A stretch of DNA of 64,000 nt from Minisyncoccota bacterium (GCA_041659205.1 JBAZYS010000002.1:1627-65626); one strand, 5' to 3'; counted from the first letter of the stretch, positions 37,849-48,844 are shown. Notes: a model not told the origin generated them from the letters alone. Made by a program: numbers and translations.

Positions 37849-39468
37849 TCACTGCGTGACTTTTGGCCTATATTGTATGGCTTCTAGGATATGATGTTCT
37901 TCGATATTTGGAGAATTTTCTAAGTCAGCGATAGTTTGAGCTATTTTAATAACTCGATGATATGCCCGAGCCGATAACGCTAAACGCTCCGCACTATCAT
38001 CTAGTAAGTCTCGTACCTTGCCCGTGAGGTTGACCATAGCCCCTAAATCTTTCACATTCATTTCACTGTTGGTTATTATATTTTTTTCAAATTTTTTAAA
38101 TCTATTTTTTTGAATTTCTCTCGCTTTCGTGACTCGTTCTTTTATCTTTTCGCTTTTCTCCCCATCCCCTGCTCCTCCGAGCTTTTTATAATCCACATTC
38201 CCCACAGAGACCCAGAGATCAATGCGGTCAATTATCGGACCAGAAAGTTTTCTTTTGTATCTATCCAAGTCTGAAGGTTTACAAATACAGGCTTTTTGTT
38301 TATTTCCCACATTTCCACAAGGGCAAGGATTCATCGCTGCGACTAAAATAAAATTCGAAGGGAAAATAGCAGTCGCTTTAGCACGCGAAATTGAGACAAT
38401 GTTATCTTCGAGTGGCTGACGCAAGGACTCAATTACTCTTTTTTCAAATTCTGGAAATTCATCTAAAAATAAAACTCCACGATGCGCGAGCGTAACTTCT
38501 CCAGGTTTCGGATACGTTCCTCCACCAATAATAGAGACATATGATGAGGTATGATGTGGCGCACGAAATGGGGCAAAGCAAACGAGCTCCCCCATCGTAC
38601 TACCTGCGACAGAATGAATACCTGTAATCTCGAGAACTTCTTCAATATTTAAATCTGGCAAAAGTTGGGAGAACGCTCGAGCGAGCATTGTCTTGCCTGT
38701 GCCTGGCGGACCGTACATCGCGATATTGTGCCCACCGGCTGCTGCTATCTCCAAGCCTCGCTTCGCCCCCTCCTGTCCACGAATATCTGAGAAGTCAGTG
38801 CGCGAAACTTCTTTTTTATAATTTATCTTTGTTTGTGGCTGAGCAATGATTTGTTTCCCAGTTTCCGTGAGCCTAGAAAATTTCTGAGTGGTCTGGCCGG
38901 GGTGTGGGGCCCCGGAGATCCGAGGACCCGAAGAAATTTTACTAGGCTCACGGAAACCAAGATGTTCCACCACTTCTTTTAAACTCTCCGCACCAAAAAT
39001 TGTAATCCCTTCCACGAGTGCCGCCTCGGCTGCATTTTCCTTCGGCAAATATACTTCTTCGAAACCAAGCCTCTTCGCTTCTTGAGCGAGCGGTAGCGCT
39101 CCCCTGATTCTGCGGAGGGTTCCGTCGAGCCCAAGCTCTCCTAGGAAAATCTTTTTCTCAGAATCAAACTTCACATCCCCAGCTGCGAGCATATAAGAAA
39201 GAGCAATACCTAAATCAAAAAAAGGGCCTTCTTTTTTTAAATCAGCCGGGGAAAGGGAAACTATTATTTTTTGATTTTTTGCTTTCGGAGACTTAAAACC
39301 AGAATTCTTGATTGCTCCACTTACTCTGTCTTTGGATTCATCTACCGCTTTATCAGGCAAACCAACCAAGCTAAAAGAATGCAGACCTCGAGAGAGGTCC
39401 ACTTCAATTGTCACGATAGTACCCTTCAGTAAATTAACTTGTGCTGAATAGACTTTTGCAAAAGCCAT
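37849..39468 (-). CDS. comM: YifB/ComM family Mg-chelatase-like AAA+ ATPase
   Basis: 539 aa with an N-terminal Lon-like domain, Walker A (GPPGTGKTMLAR), an arginine finger and a C-terminal helical domain. Confidence 0.8.
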   Translation of the reverse strand: MAFAKVYSAQVNLLKGTIVTIEVDLSRGLHSFSLVGLPDKAVDESKDRVSGAIKNSGFKSPKAKNQKIIVSLSPADLKKEGPFFDLGIALSYMLAAGDVKFDSEKKIFLGELGLDGTLRRIRGALPLAQEAKRLGFEEVYLPKENAAEAALVEGITIFGAESLKEVVEHLGFREPSKISSGPRISGAPHPGQTTQKFSRLTETGKQIIAQPQTKINYKKEVSRTDFSDIRGQEGAKRGLEIAAAGGHNIAMYGPPGTGKTMLARAFSQLLPDLNIEEVLEITGIHSVAGSTMGELVCFAPFRAPHHTSSYVSIIGGGTYPKPGEVTLAHRGVLFLDEFPEFEKRVIESLRQPLEDNIVSISRAKATAIFPSNFILVAAMNPCPCGNVGNKQKACICKPSDLDRYKRKLSGPIIDRIDLWVSVGNVDYKKLGGAGDGEKSEKIKERVTKAREIQKNRFKKFEKNIITNSEMNVKDLGAMVNLTGKVRDLLDDSAERLALSARAYHRVIKIAQTIADLENSPNIEEHHILEAIQYRPKVTQ

Positions 39469-39491
39469 AAATTATTTTAATTTTTGTAACT

Positions 39492-39857
39492 TTATTTGCT
39501 TTCTAAATGCTTTTTGCAAGTTCGAGCAGCTGGATTTGCGTCCAAGCGAGTCATTTCAATATCTTTTTTACAGACTTCGCACTTACCGAAAGATTCTCGA
39601 TTTATTCCTTTCAAGGCCTTTAAAATATTATTAAGTCTTGGCTCTAAAGTTCTCATCGTGGAGGTTCTTGCTTCAAAATCTTCAAACCTATCAGCTTTAT
39701 CATTCTCATCAGCCTCTGGGAACTCTAATTCTTCTGGAGTTGTCTCCCATTCACCTGTCTCTTTATCAAACTTACCCATATCCTTCATCTGCCCTAATAA
39801 TTGGTCCCTTTCTTTTTCTAATTTTTCTTTAATTTTTTTCTTATCTAACATAGACAA
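39492..39857 (-). CDS. DksA/TraR-family C4 zinc-finger protein
   Basis: C-terminal CEVCKKDIEMTRLDANPAARTCKKH with an acidic N-terminal coiled-coil. Confidence 0.6.
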   Translation of the reverse strand: MSMLDKKKIKEKLEKERDQLLGQMKDMGKFDKETGEWETTPEELEFPEADENDKADRFEDFEARTSTMRTLEPRLNNILKALKGINRESFGKCEVCKKDIEMTRLDANPAARTCKKHLESK

Positions 39858-39909
39858 ATAATAGCATGTTAATTTTTTGTAGCAAGCCCGAACAAATTAC
39901 CTATTTTTT

Positions 39910-40329
39910 TTATTCTAAATCTCTAAAAATAAACCCTTCTTTGTATGAATCAATTCCTAATTTTGTAGCCAGAAACAAAGGAGCGGGCAAATTGCCCAAA
40001 TCATACCAACCCCAGCCATCACATTTATTTGACTCCATTACTTCAGGTTCTCCACTTTTCCAATCTGCAATTACAGCAACTTGTATAAAATGTTTTGGAG
40101 AATAATCTTTTAAATTTGCTAAATATTGAAATTTAATATTACAAATCTCAATCCCTGTCTCCTCTTTTGTCTCCCTTCGAGCACATTCAAAAAAAGATTC
40201 CATATATTCAAGATGCCCACCGGGAAATGCATATTCTCCTGCACCAAAACTGCCATTACGTTTACCCAATAAAATTTTTCCATCTTTTAAAATCATCACT
40301 CCTATTCCAACCAATGGCCTTTTTTCCAT
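39910..40329 (-). CDS. NUDIX hydrolase
   Basis: Nudix box GGHLEYMESFFECARRETKEETGIEI. Confidence 0.75.
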   Translation of the reverse strand: MEKRPLVGIGVMILKDGKILLGKRNGSFGAGEYAFPGGHLEYMESFFECARRETKEETGIEICNIKFQYLANLKDYSPKHFIQVAVIADWKSGEPEVMESNKCDGWGWYDLGNLPAPLFLATKLGIDSYKEGFIFRDLE

Positions 40330-40353
40330 AATTATTTTTTTTTATTAAAATTT

Positions 40354-40800
40354 CTACAAACTCATATCTATATACCTAACTTCATCAGAAAGAATTACTC
40401 CTTTTTTAAAATCTTCCCATAATCTATTTGGCTTGAGAGGTACTGTACCAGAAGGATCTATCCAACAAACTTCTGCTATCTCATGTGCATGTGTTTTTTC
40501 AAGATGTTCAATATTTAAATAATCTTGTGCATTTGTAATTTCAAAGAAAAATTCTACAGACTGTCGAATGTCTCCGTCCATAAAATTATTTACATAAAGT
40601 AACCTACCTATCTCAGGAGTAACTCCAAGCTCTTCAATCATCTCTCTACTTAAACATTCTTTTATGTTTTCTTCCCATTCCAAATGACCACCTGGTAAAG
40701 CACAAAAACTAGTATCGTGTGGATGTTTAACACCCAAAAGTTTACCCTCGTGTATAATGATGCCTCTAGTTCGAACAACAAATTTTTTATCTTTTCCCAT
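40354..40800 (-). CDS. NUDIX hydrolase (second, in tandem)
   Basis: Nudix box LPGGHLEWEENIKECLSREMIEELGV. Confidence 0.75.
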   Translation of the reverse strand: MGKDKKFVVRTRGIIIHEGKLLGVKHPHDTSFCALPGGHLEWEENIKECLSREMIEELGVTPEIGRLLYVNNFMDGDIRQSVEFFFEITNAQDYLNIEHLEKTHAHEIAEVCWIDPSGTVPLKPNRLWEDFKKGVILSDEVRYIDMSL

Positions 40801-40847
40801 GAACCAATTATATCAGTTTTATTCTTTTTTTGTGGTAAAATACCAAC

Positions 40848-42107
40848 ATGAAATACGACATAAAAGACATCAATTTAGCAGCTAAGGGAATGATTAGAAT
40901 CGAGTGGGCGAATAAAGATATGCCCGTACTCTCTGGAATAGCAGCAGACTTAAAAAAGAGAAAACCATTTAAAAATATTATCATCGGGGCTTGCTTACAT
41001 GTCACTGCCGAAACTGCAAATCTGATGATTGCCTTAAAAGAAGGCGGAGCAAATGTCACCCTTTGTGCTTCGAATCCCCTCTCCACCCAAAACGACGTTG
41101 CTGCAGCTCTCGTGAAAAATTTCAAAATTCCTGTCTATGCAAAAAAAGGTGAAAATAAAAAAGAATATTTCTCACACTTAAATAGTGTCCTCGACACGAA
41201 ACCAAATATCACTATGGATGACGGAGCTGATTTAGTTTCTGTTTTGCATTCAGAAAGAAAAACAAATATAAAAAATATAATCGGTGGAACAGAAGAAACC
41301 ACCACTGGAGTCTCTCGTTTAAAATCTATGGCCAAAGAAGGGGCATTACTTTTCCCAGTCATTGCAGTGAATGATTCCATGACGAAACACTTTTTTGATA
41401 ATCGATATGGAACAGGTCAGTCCACATTAGATGGCATCATCCGAGCAACAAATAAATTAATTGCTGGTTCTGTTTTTGTAGTCGCTGGTTATGGTTGGTG
41501 CGGTAAGGGACTCGCCATGCGTGCTCGCGGTATGGGTGCCAATGTCATCGTCACGGAGATAGATGCAGTGAAAGCTCTCGAGGCACTGATGGATGGCTTC
41601 CGAGTGATGCCGATGAATGAAGCTGGCGCTGTTGCTGATTTTATTTGCACGGTCACGGGTAATACCAGTGTGATTAACAACGAAACCTTCAATACTATCA
41701 AGGATGGTTGCATAATTTCCAATTCTGGTCATTTCGACGTTGAAATTGATCTCGTTAATCTAAATAAGATAACCAAGAACAGAAAAACACTCCGAGATTT
41801 CGTCGAAGCATATACACTAAAGAGTGGTAAAACTATTTTTGTCCTCGCTGGTGGAAGACTTGTAAACCTCGGAAGTGCTGAAGGACATCCTGCTTCCGTC
41901 ATGGACATGAGTTTTGCGAACCAAGCTCTCGCTGCAGAATTTATTTTAAAGAACAAAGGAAAACTTTCAAATGATGTCCATGTTCTACCTGAAGCTTTAG
42001 ATAAAAATATTGCAATCTTGAAATTAAAAAGTCTCGGAGTAAAAATAGATACTTTAACCAAAAAACAAATTGCATATATGTCTGGCTGGCATGAGGGCAC
42101 AAAATAA
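40848..42107 (+). CDS. ahcY: Adenosylhomocysteinase
   Basis: 419 aa with SAH hydrolase N-terminal motifs and an NAD-binding GYGWCGKG. Leaderless-type start (TAAAATaccaacATG). Confidence 0.85.
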   Translation: MKYDIKDINLAAKGMIRIEWANKDMPVLSGIAADLKKRKPFKNIIIGACLHVTAETANLMIALKEGGANVTLCASNPLSTQNDVAAALVKNFKIPVYAKKGENKKEYFSHLNSVLDTKPNITMDDGADLVSVLHSERKTNIKNIIGGTEETTTGVSRLKSMAKEGALLFPVIAVNDSMTKHFFDNRYGTGQSTLDGIIRATNKLIAGSVFVVAGYGWCGKGLAMRARGMGANVIVTEIDAVKALEALMDGFRVMPMNEAGAVADFICTVTGNTSVINNETFNTIKDGCIISNSGHFDVEIDLVNLNKITKNRKTLRDFVEAYTLKSGKTIFVLAGGRLVNLGSAEGHPASVMDMSFANQALAAEFILKNKGKLSNDVHVLPEALDKNIAILKLKSLGVKIDTLTKKQIAYMSGWHEGTK

Positions 42108-42111
42108 TTTT

Positions 42112-42636
42112 ATGAAAATTGTAATCATAGGAGCACAAGGCGTAGGTAAAACTACCTTAACTGAGCAAATTAATCAAGACAATCCTGATTACAAAATCAT
42201 CCCTGAAGCAGCACGACTAGCTATTGAAGCAGGATATAAACTCGACGAAACTGCGACGATAGAAACAGAGCATTGGCTGATTGCAAAGCAAATTGAATTA
42301 GAAAGTACAAATGACAGCAAGTGGGTAGCTGACCGATCTTGTATAGATTTACTCGCATATATCAACCATTTGTTTTCTGAAGAAAATGCTTTGATTGAAT
42401 TTGCCGAGAAAACATTAGTGCCAAGATTTAGTACTTATGATTTGGTTCTGTATTTACCTAGTGGAGAATTTGAGATTGAGGATGATGGTGTACGAATAAC
42501 TGATATTAATTTTCAACAAGCGATAGATCAAGAGATAAGAAATATTCTAGAAAAGCATAAGGTTCCATTTATTAAAATAGTTGGTTCACCAGAAGAACGA
42601 TTAGCGCAAGTTAAAGATTTATTTAAAGATTATTAA
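42112..42636 (+). CDS. P-loop NTPase, NadR/AAA_28-like putative nucleoside kinase
   Basis: MKIVIIGAQGVGKTTL Walker A at the N-terminus; about 175 aa; lies between ahcY and metK. Confidence 0.45.
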   Translation: MKIVIIGAQGVGKTTLTEQINQDNPDYKIIPEAARLAIEAGYKLDETATIETEHWLIAKQIELESTNDSKWVADRSCIDLLAYINHLFSEENALIEFAEKTLVPRFSTYDLVLYLPSGEFEIEDDGVRITDINFQQAIDQEIRNILEKHKVPFIKIVGSPEERLAQVKDLFKDY

Positions 42637-42658
42637 TTTTTTGTAGTATAATATTTTT

Positions 42659-43723
42659 ATGTTTTATAAACACAATAATAATTACACAGTTGAGAGCGTT
42701 ACCTCTGGTCATCCAGATAAAATCTGCGACCAAATATCAGATGCTATCTTAGATGCATATCTAACGCTAGACCCAATGAGTCGCGTCGCGGTGGAAACTT
42801 TCGGTGGTCATGGCAAACTTGTAATCGGCGGAGAAGTCACCTCCACGGGAAAAGTTGATTATGTAAAAATTGCCCGCGAAGTTTATAAAGAAATCGGTTA
42901 CAACGATGAACTAGAAATCTCTGCACACATCGTCACACAATCCCCCGACATCGCGATGGGTGTGGACACAGGTGGAGCCGGAGACCAAGGAATAATGTAC
43001 GGCTTTGCGACAGACGAAACTCCTGAATTTTTACCCAAGGGTGTCGTCCTCGCACACAAGCTCGCGAGAAGTCTAGAAGAAAAAAGAAAAGCTGATGAAA
43101 TAAAATGGCTCGGGCCTGATGGTAAAACACAGGTCACTTATACTGAAGGAAAATTAAATACAGTTCTAGTAAGTACGCAACATTCTCCAGACGTAACACT
43201 TGAAGAAATTAAAAAAGAAATTACTGAGAAAATTATAAATCCTCTCCTCTCTCCTGAAGAGCAAAACACCGTAAAAATATTAGTAAACCCAACAGGCAAA
43301 TTTGTCCAAGGCGGTTTTGAAGGAGACACAGGATTAACTGGACGCAAAATAATGGTAGACACTTATGGCGGACTTATCCCGCACGGAGGTGGATGTTTTT
43401 CTGGTAAAGATTCCACCAAAGTAGATCGCTCGGGTGCATACATGGCTCGCTATGTTGCAAAGAGTCTCGTCGCTGGTGGTTACGGTAAAGAAGTGCTCGT
43501 ATCTGTCGCTTATGCTATCGGCATGGCAGAACCTCTCATGATAGAAGCGATTAATGAAAAAGGAGAAAACTTAGCAGAAATAGTTCGCAAGAATTTTGAT
43601 TTTAAACCACTAGCTATAATCGAACACCTCGGTCTCCGCAATCCAATCTTCCGAGAGACCGCCGCTTATGGCCACTTCGGTAAAGCCAACCTTCCTTGGG
43701 AAAAAATTGAGAAAATAAAATAA
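42659..43723 (+). CDS. metK: S-adenosylmethionine synthetase
   Basis: GHPDKICDQISDAILDA signature and GGGCFSGKD; a -10 box sits 7 nt upstream of the ATG (GTATAATatttttATG). Confidence 0.85.
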   Translation: MFYKHNNNYTVESVTSGHPDKICDQISDAILDAYLTLDPMSRVAVETFGGHGKLVIGGEVTSTGKVDYVKIAREVYKEIGYNDELEISAHIVTQSPDIAMGVDTGGAGDQGIMYGFATDETPEFLPKGVVLAHKLARSLEEKRKADEIKWLGPDGKTQVTYTEGKLNTVLVSTQHSPDVTLEEIKKEITEKIINPLLSPEEQNTVKILVNPTGKFVQGGFEGDTGLTGRKIMVDTYGGLIPHGGGCFSGKDSTKVDRSGAYMARYVAKSLVAGGYGKEVLVSVAYAIGMAEPLMIEAINEKGENLAEIVRKNFDFKPLAIIEHLGLRNPIFRETAAYGHFGKANLPWEKIEKIK

Positions 43724-43752
43724 AAATTAATGCTATAATTAACATCATAAAT

Positions 43753-44865
43753 ATGAAATCACGTGAAATTATAGAAAAAATACTTAACTCAGCTGATGTA
43801 AAAATTAATGGAAATAGAGCCTGGGATATAAAAGTTCATGACGAGAGATTTTATGACCGCGTCTTAACGAAAGGCACCATGGGCCTCGGTGAATCTTATA
43901 TGGATGGTTGGTGGGATTGTGAACAAATAGACGAGCTAATATATAGAATACTTAAATTTAGTGACAACACTATCATATACAAAAACCTCACAAATATTCT
44001 CCATTTCTTAAAATCCAAATTTTTTAATCTGCAAACTAAAACAAGAGCAAAAACAGTTGCCATAAGACATTATGACTTAGGCAATGATTTATATATGTCT
44101 TTCCTAGACCCATACAATCAATACACTTGTGGTTACTTTAAAGATACGGACAACTTAAATACTGCACAAGAAAATAAACTCGAGCTAATTTGCAAAAAAT
44201 TACAACTAAAATCCACAGACAGAGTGCTCGACATCGGCTGTGGCTGGGGAGGATTTGCAAAATATGCTTCCGAACATTATGGCTGTCATGTCACAGGTAT
44301 CAGTATTTCAGATGAACAAATAAAATACGCAAAAGAATTTACTAAAGATTTACCTGTAGAAATATTGAAAATGGACTACCGAGACATTGTCGGCCAATAT
44401 GATAAAGTTTTAATCTGTGGAATGATAGAACATGTCGGTTATAAAAATTACCGAAAAATTATGGAAATAGTTAAAAAACATCTAAATAAAAACGGCCTAT
44501 TCCTCTTGCATACGATTGGCAAAAACAAATCAACTGCCGCAGTTGACCCCTGGATAGAAAAATATATATTCCCTAATAGCATTCTCCCCGCGGTAAAACA
44601 ATTAGCAAATGCTTACGAAGGCCTATTTATCATGGAAGACTGGCACAACTTTGGACAATACTATGACCCCACCTTAATGTCTTGGTATAAAAATTTTGAT
44701 AAATCCTGGCCTAATATAAAGCAAAAATATGATGAGAGATTTTATAAAATGTTCCGTTATTATTTACTTGCCTGTGCAGGAGCCTTTAGAGCAAGAGACA
44801 TCCAACTCTGGCAAGTAGTACTATCCCCCTCTGGCGTACCAGGTGGATATAAACCAATAAGATAA
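43753..44865 (+). CDS. cfa: Cyclopropane-fatty-acyl-phospholipid synthase family SAM-dependent methyltransferase
   Basis: SAM-binding DIGCGWGG and a CFA synthase-like length and layout. Confidence 0.75.
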   Translation: MKSREIIEKILNSADVKINGNRAWDIKVHDERFYDRVLTKGTMGLGESYMDGWWDCEQIDELIYRILKFSDNTIIYKNLTNILHFLKSKFFNLQTKTRAKTVAIRHYDLGNDLYMSFLDPYNQYTCGYFKDTDNLNTAQENKLELICKKLQLKSTDRVLDIGCGWGGFAKYASEHYGCHVTGISISDEQIKYAKEFTKDLPVEILKMDYRDIVGQYDKVLICGMIEHVGYKNYRKIMEIVKKHLNKNGLFLLHTIGKNKSTAAVDPWIEKYIFPNSILPAVKQLANAYEGLFIMEDWHNFGQYYDPTLMSWYKNFDKSWPNIKQKYDERFYKMFRYYLLACAGAFRARDIQLWQVVLSPSGVPGGYKPIR

Positions 44866-44899
44866 AATCATGCTATAATCTCTATCTGTCATAAACTGT

Positions 44900-45817
44900 A
44901 TGATTCCCATATTTCCTAATTTCAAAAAAATTGGCCTCGAGGACAAAAAAAGTATTGAGTCATTTACTCATCGATACCTACCCTATTCAGATTTCAATTT
45001 CACGAGCCTATGGGCATGGGATACAAAAGATAAACGAATGATCTCTAAACTCAACGATAATCTGATCGTACGCTTAACCGACTATGAAACAAATGAACCT
45101 TCTTTTTCCTTTCTCGGAACCAATGAACCTGAACGTACTGCACGCGAACTTATAAATTTTGCTGAAAAATTCGGCATATCTCCTATCCTACGCTTTATTC
45201 CAGAAGAATCAGTAGCTGGCTTAAAAAACTCCAATCTTCTTGTAGAAGAAGATAAAGACAACTTTGATTATATATTTTCTGTTCCGAAATTAGCTGAACT
45301 GCAAGGCATAAAATTTAAAGAAAAAAGAAATTCAGTAAATAAATTCTTGCGTGAACATCCCAATGCAACTTTTGAACTCAAAGAGTTAAGTAGCCTAGCT
45401 GTGCGTGAGCAAATCCTCTCAGTGCTTCGTCGTTGGAAAAACAAAAAAAGTTTAGACAATAAACCATTTGATTTTAAAAATGAAGAATTAGCAATTGACC
45501 GATTACTCCACACAGCTAAAGATCACAAACTTATTACTTCGTGTGTCTTTTTGGGTGATACAATGATTGGTTTTAGCATTGATGAAATCTTACCCTTTCA
45601 ATATGCAACTTCACATTTTTTCAAAGCAGATAATTCATTTAATGGTGTATATGATTTTCTAAATAATAAAGTAGCACAATATCTAGCAACCCAAAATGTT
45701 ACATTGTGGAATTGGGAACAAGACCTAGGTCTTGAAAATTTAAGAAAGTCAAAAATGAGTTATAACCCGGTTAATTTTCTTTTAAAATATAAGGTTTCTT
45801 TGACTTACAATAAATAA
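44900..45817 (+). CDS. DUF2156-like protein (resembles the C-terminal aminoacyl-phosphatidylglycerol synthase domain of MprF); tentative
   Basis: 305 aa soluble protein; FTSLWAWD-type motif recalled from memory; lies between cfa and a DMT transporter. Confidence 0.3.
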   Translation: MIPIFPNFKKIGLEDKKSIESFTHRYLPYSDFNFTSLWAWDTKDKRMISKLNDNLIVRLTDYETNEPSFSFLGTNEPERTARELINFAEKFGISPILRFIPEESVAGLKNSNLLVEEDKDNFDYIFSVPKLAELQGIKFKEKRNSVNKFLREHPNATFELKELSSLAVREQILSVLRRWKNKKSLDNKPFDFKNEELAIDRLLHTAKDHKLITSCVFLGDTMIGFSIDEILPFQYATSHFFKADNSFNGVYDFLNNKVAQYLATQNVTLWNWEQDLGLENLRKSKMSYNPVNFLLKYKVSLTYNK

Positions 45818-45836
45818 AGCGTATAATTTATATAAT

Positions 45837-46754
45837 ATGATATGGTTTTTTATAGCACTCATTGGCCCGTTCCTATATGCATTAACGAACCATATAGATA
45901 AAGTACTCTTAGAAAAATATTTCAAGGAAGGAGGTGTTGGTACACTCATTCTATTTTCTTCTCTTCTTTCTGCAATGGCATTGCCATTTATTTTTCTCGC
46001 AAACAAAACATTATTTGATATTAATGGTATGAGTATTCTTGTGCTTGCTGTAGTTGGGATACTGAATGTACTAGTGCTTTGGTGTTGGTTATTAGCTCTC
46101 AAGACTGAAGAAGCATCAGTCGCAGTTGTATTTTACCAGCTTGTACCAGTATTTGGGGTAATATTAGGCTATCTTGTTCTTGGCGAAGTGCTAACACAGC
46201 TACAACTCATCGCTATGGCTACAGTCATCCTTGGCACGACGATTATCTCCTTCGAGATAGACGCAGAAAATAAATTTAAACTCCGAAGAAAGACCATCCT
46301 CCCAATGACTGCGGCCTCCTTTTTTTGGGCACTTGGATCAGTTTTGTTTAAGGCTGTTGCACTAGAAGAGAACCTCTGGAGAACAATTTTTTGGGAACAC
46401 CTCATGCTTGTGCTTGTAGGTCTTTTTATCTTCGTGTTTATGCGTTCTTATCGTGAAAACTTTCTGTTCGCAATCAAAAATAATTCCAAGACAATTCTCG
46501 TACTTAATGTTGCAAATGAATCCTTGTTTATGTTTGGAAACATCGCGTATTCTATAGCATACTTGCTCGCCCCCGTAGGACTCGTACTACTTGCAGAATC
46601 ATTCCAGCCTATCTTTGTTTTAGCTATTGGAATTTTTCTTACAATTTTTTTCCCTCACATATCAACCGAAAAAATACAAGCAAAACATATTTGGCATAAA
46701 ATTATTGCCATTTGCTTAACTGGAATAGGAACATATTTACTTTTTTCTTCATAA
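45837..46754 (+). CDS. EamA/DMT-superfamily transporter
   Basis: About 10 TM helices in a duplicated 5-TM pattern. Confidence 0.55.
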   Translation: MIWFFIALIGPFLYALTNHIDKVLLEKYFKEGGVGTLILFSSLLSAMALPFIFLANKTLFDINGMSILVLAVVGILNVLVLWCWLLALKTEEASVAVVFYQLVPVFGVILGYLVLGEVLTQLQLIAMATVILGTTIISFEIDAENKFKLRRKTILPMTAASFFWALGSVLFKAVALEENLWRTIFWEHLMLVLVGLFIFVFMRSYRENFLFAIKNNSKTILVLNVANESLFMFGNIAYSIAYLLAPVGLVLLAESFQPIFVLAIGIFLTIFFPHISTEKIQAKHIWHKIIAICLTGIGTYLLFSS

Positions 46755-46775
46755 AGAAGACTCGTATTTCACTCA

Positions 46776-47204
46776 TTGTTCAATTTCTGCTATACTTCTA
46801 ACAACACCATGGAAACTAAACATTCGCATTTTCGAGACCATATTCTACTCTATATACTCTTACCACTCGTCATTATGACTGGAACTGCTTCTTATTATCG
46901 GTTCATGGTCAAACAAGATTATATGGTTGTCTATGAAGGAATTTGTGATCCAAATAGTAAAAGTTGTTTTATAAGTTGCGAAGATGATGATTGCACGAAG
47001 GGTCACTATTATTCTAGAGTAGAAAAATACGCACCTGATTTGTATAAAGAATGTGGGAAGGATATTACAGACTGTAGAGCAGCCAGTGCTTGCATTCCAG
47101 GTGATCATAAATGTTCTATAACCTATTGTGAAACTGGGGTTGATGGAAACAACTGTTCTGAAGCAAACTCGCAAAATAATAATCTAAACGATACTAATAT
47201 ATGA
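46776..47204 (+). CDS. Small Cys-rich membrane-anchored protein
   Basis: One TM helix, then a 14-Cys ectodomain (CDPNSKSCFISCEDDDC...). Confidence 0.4.
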   Translation: MFNFCYTSNNTMETKHSHFRDHILLYILLPLVIMTGTASYYRFMVKQDYMVVYEGICDPNSKSCFISCEDDDCTKGHYYSRVEKYAPDLYKECGKDITDCRAASACIPGDHKCSITYCETGVDGNNCSEANSQNNNLNDTNI

Positions 47205-48844
47205 TATGTAATTTATTTCCTGAACCTACATACTTTTTTTTCTCCTCAGCTGTGCCAGCATTACTTTACTACGCACAAATACCTGCCACAGTGATTGCAC
47301 TCCTTCTAAGCTTCTATGTATTTTGGAAAGGTAGAAAACTTTTACTCAATAGACTTCTTTTTTTAATCTCTATATTTTTTTCACTTTGGACACTTTCAAC
47401 CTTAATAGCTTGGACTAATATTCACAGTGACTTTATAATATTTACTTGGTCTTTTTTCAGTTTAATATTAGGCCTCATTTCCATCTTCTGCATTTATTTT
47501 ATTTATGTATTTTTATGGAAAAACGATATTTCAGTACGTCTCAAGGTAATTTTTATTACGCTACTTGCACCTCTCCTTATCCTCGCACCTACTACTTTAA
47601 ACCTTAGTGGTTTCAACCTAACAAATTGTGACGCTTTTGATTTCGAATGGCTCCCATTCAAACTCTATGGTACGTCACTCGGAGTACTAGCAATTATATG
47701 GATTCTCGTTCTTCTCATTAAGGCATATCGTGTAGCAAAGCCTGATTTTAAAAAACAAATTGCTCTCATGGGAACAGGTATTGAATTATTTCTCTTCTCT
47801 TTTTTTGGAATGGAATTCATCGCAACTTACCTTGCAAGAATTGGTATCTTCCCAGATTCCCAGCTCGAGCTATATGGGATGTTCGGAATGGTAATATTTA
47901 TGATATATATAAGCGTTCTCATGGTCCGCTTTAAAGCTTTTAACGTAAAACTTCTTGCCACCCAGGCATTGGTATGGGGACTTGCAGCATTAGTAGGTTC
48001 ACAATTCTTCTTTATTAAAGCAACTGTAAACTTTGTCCTTAATGGATTTGGATTTCTTACCTCTATAATTTTGGGACAATATTTGATTAAATCTGTTAAA
48101 AAAGAAATAGAGCAAAAAGAAAAATTAGCTAGACTAAATATAGATCTTCAGCTTTCAATTAAACAAAGGGAAAGCCTTGTCCACCTCGTTACTCACAAGG
48201 TTAAAGGTTCATTTACTCGCACGAAATTTCTTTTTGCTGGAATACTAGATGGCACCTTTGGACCAATAACTCCTGAAATTAAAAAAAGAGCAGAGCAGGG
48301 TCTTGAATTTGATAATGGTGGAATCCGCACGGTTGACTTGGTTTTAAATGTCGCCAATTTGCAAAATGGAGTCATTAAATATGATATGCAAAATTTTGAT
48401 TTTAAAGAGATGACTCTTGAAACAGTAGATGAAAAAAGGGTTGGGGCTGAAGCAAAAGGATTAAAAATAGAAACAAAAATTAATAATGACACTTATAACA
48501 TTAAAGGTGACACTTTCTGGCTCAAAGAAGTAATAAACAATTTGCTTGAAAATTCTATTAAATATACAAAAGAAGGATTGATAACAGTCTCACTCGAAAA
48601 GAAAGAAAACAAAATATTGTTAAGTGTCAAAGACACAGGATTTGGCATCACTAAAGAAGATAAAGAACATTTATTTACTGAAGGTGGACGAGGCAAAGAC
48701 TCTGTAAAAATAAATGTGGACAGTACAGGCTATGGACTCTATACAGTAAAATTAATCGTAGAAGCCCATAAAGGCCGCGTCTGGGCAGAGTCTGAAGGTG
48801 CGGACAAAGGTTCTACTTTCTTTGTAGAATTACCAACAACATAA
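47201..48844 (+). CDS. Sensor histidine kinase (orphan, polytopic N-terminus)
   Basis: Six to seven TM helices, a coiled-coil, a HisKA H-box (HLVTHKVKGS) and HATPase_c G-boxes (DTGFGI, GYGLY). Confidence 0.75.
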   Translation: MICNLFPEPTYFFFSSAVPALLYYAQIPATVIALLLSFYVFWKGRKLLLNRLLFLISIFFSLWTLSTLIAWTNIHSDFIIFTWSFFSLILGLISIFCIYFIYVFLWKNDISVRLKVIFITLLAPLLILAPTTLNLSGFNLTNCDAFDFEWLPFKLYGTSLGVLAIIWILVLLIKAYRVAKPDFKKQIALMGTGIELFLFSFFGMEFIATYLARIGIFPDSQLELYGMFGMVIFMIYISVLMVRFKAFNVKLLATQALVWGLAALVGSQFFFIKATVNFVLNGFGFLTSIILGQYLIKSVKKEIEQKEKLARLNIDLQLSIKQRESLVHLVTHKVKGSFTRTKFLFAGILDGTFGPITPEIKKRAEQGLEFDNGGIRTVDLVLNVANLQNGVIKYDMQNFDFKEMTLETVDEKRVGAEAKGLKIETKINNDTYNIKGDTFWLKEVINNLLENSIKYTKEGLITVSLEKKENKILLSVKDTGFGITKEDKEHLFTEGGRGKDSVKINVDSTGYGLYTVKLIVEAHKGRVWAESEGADKGSTFFVELPTT

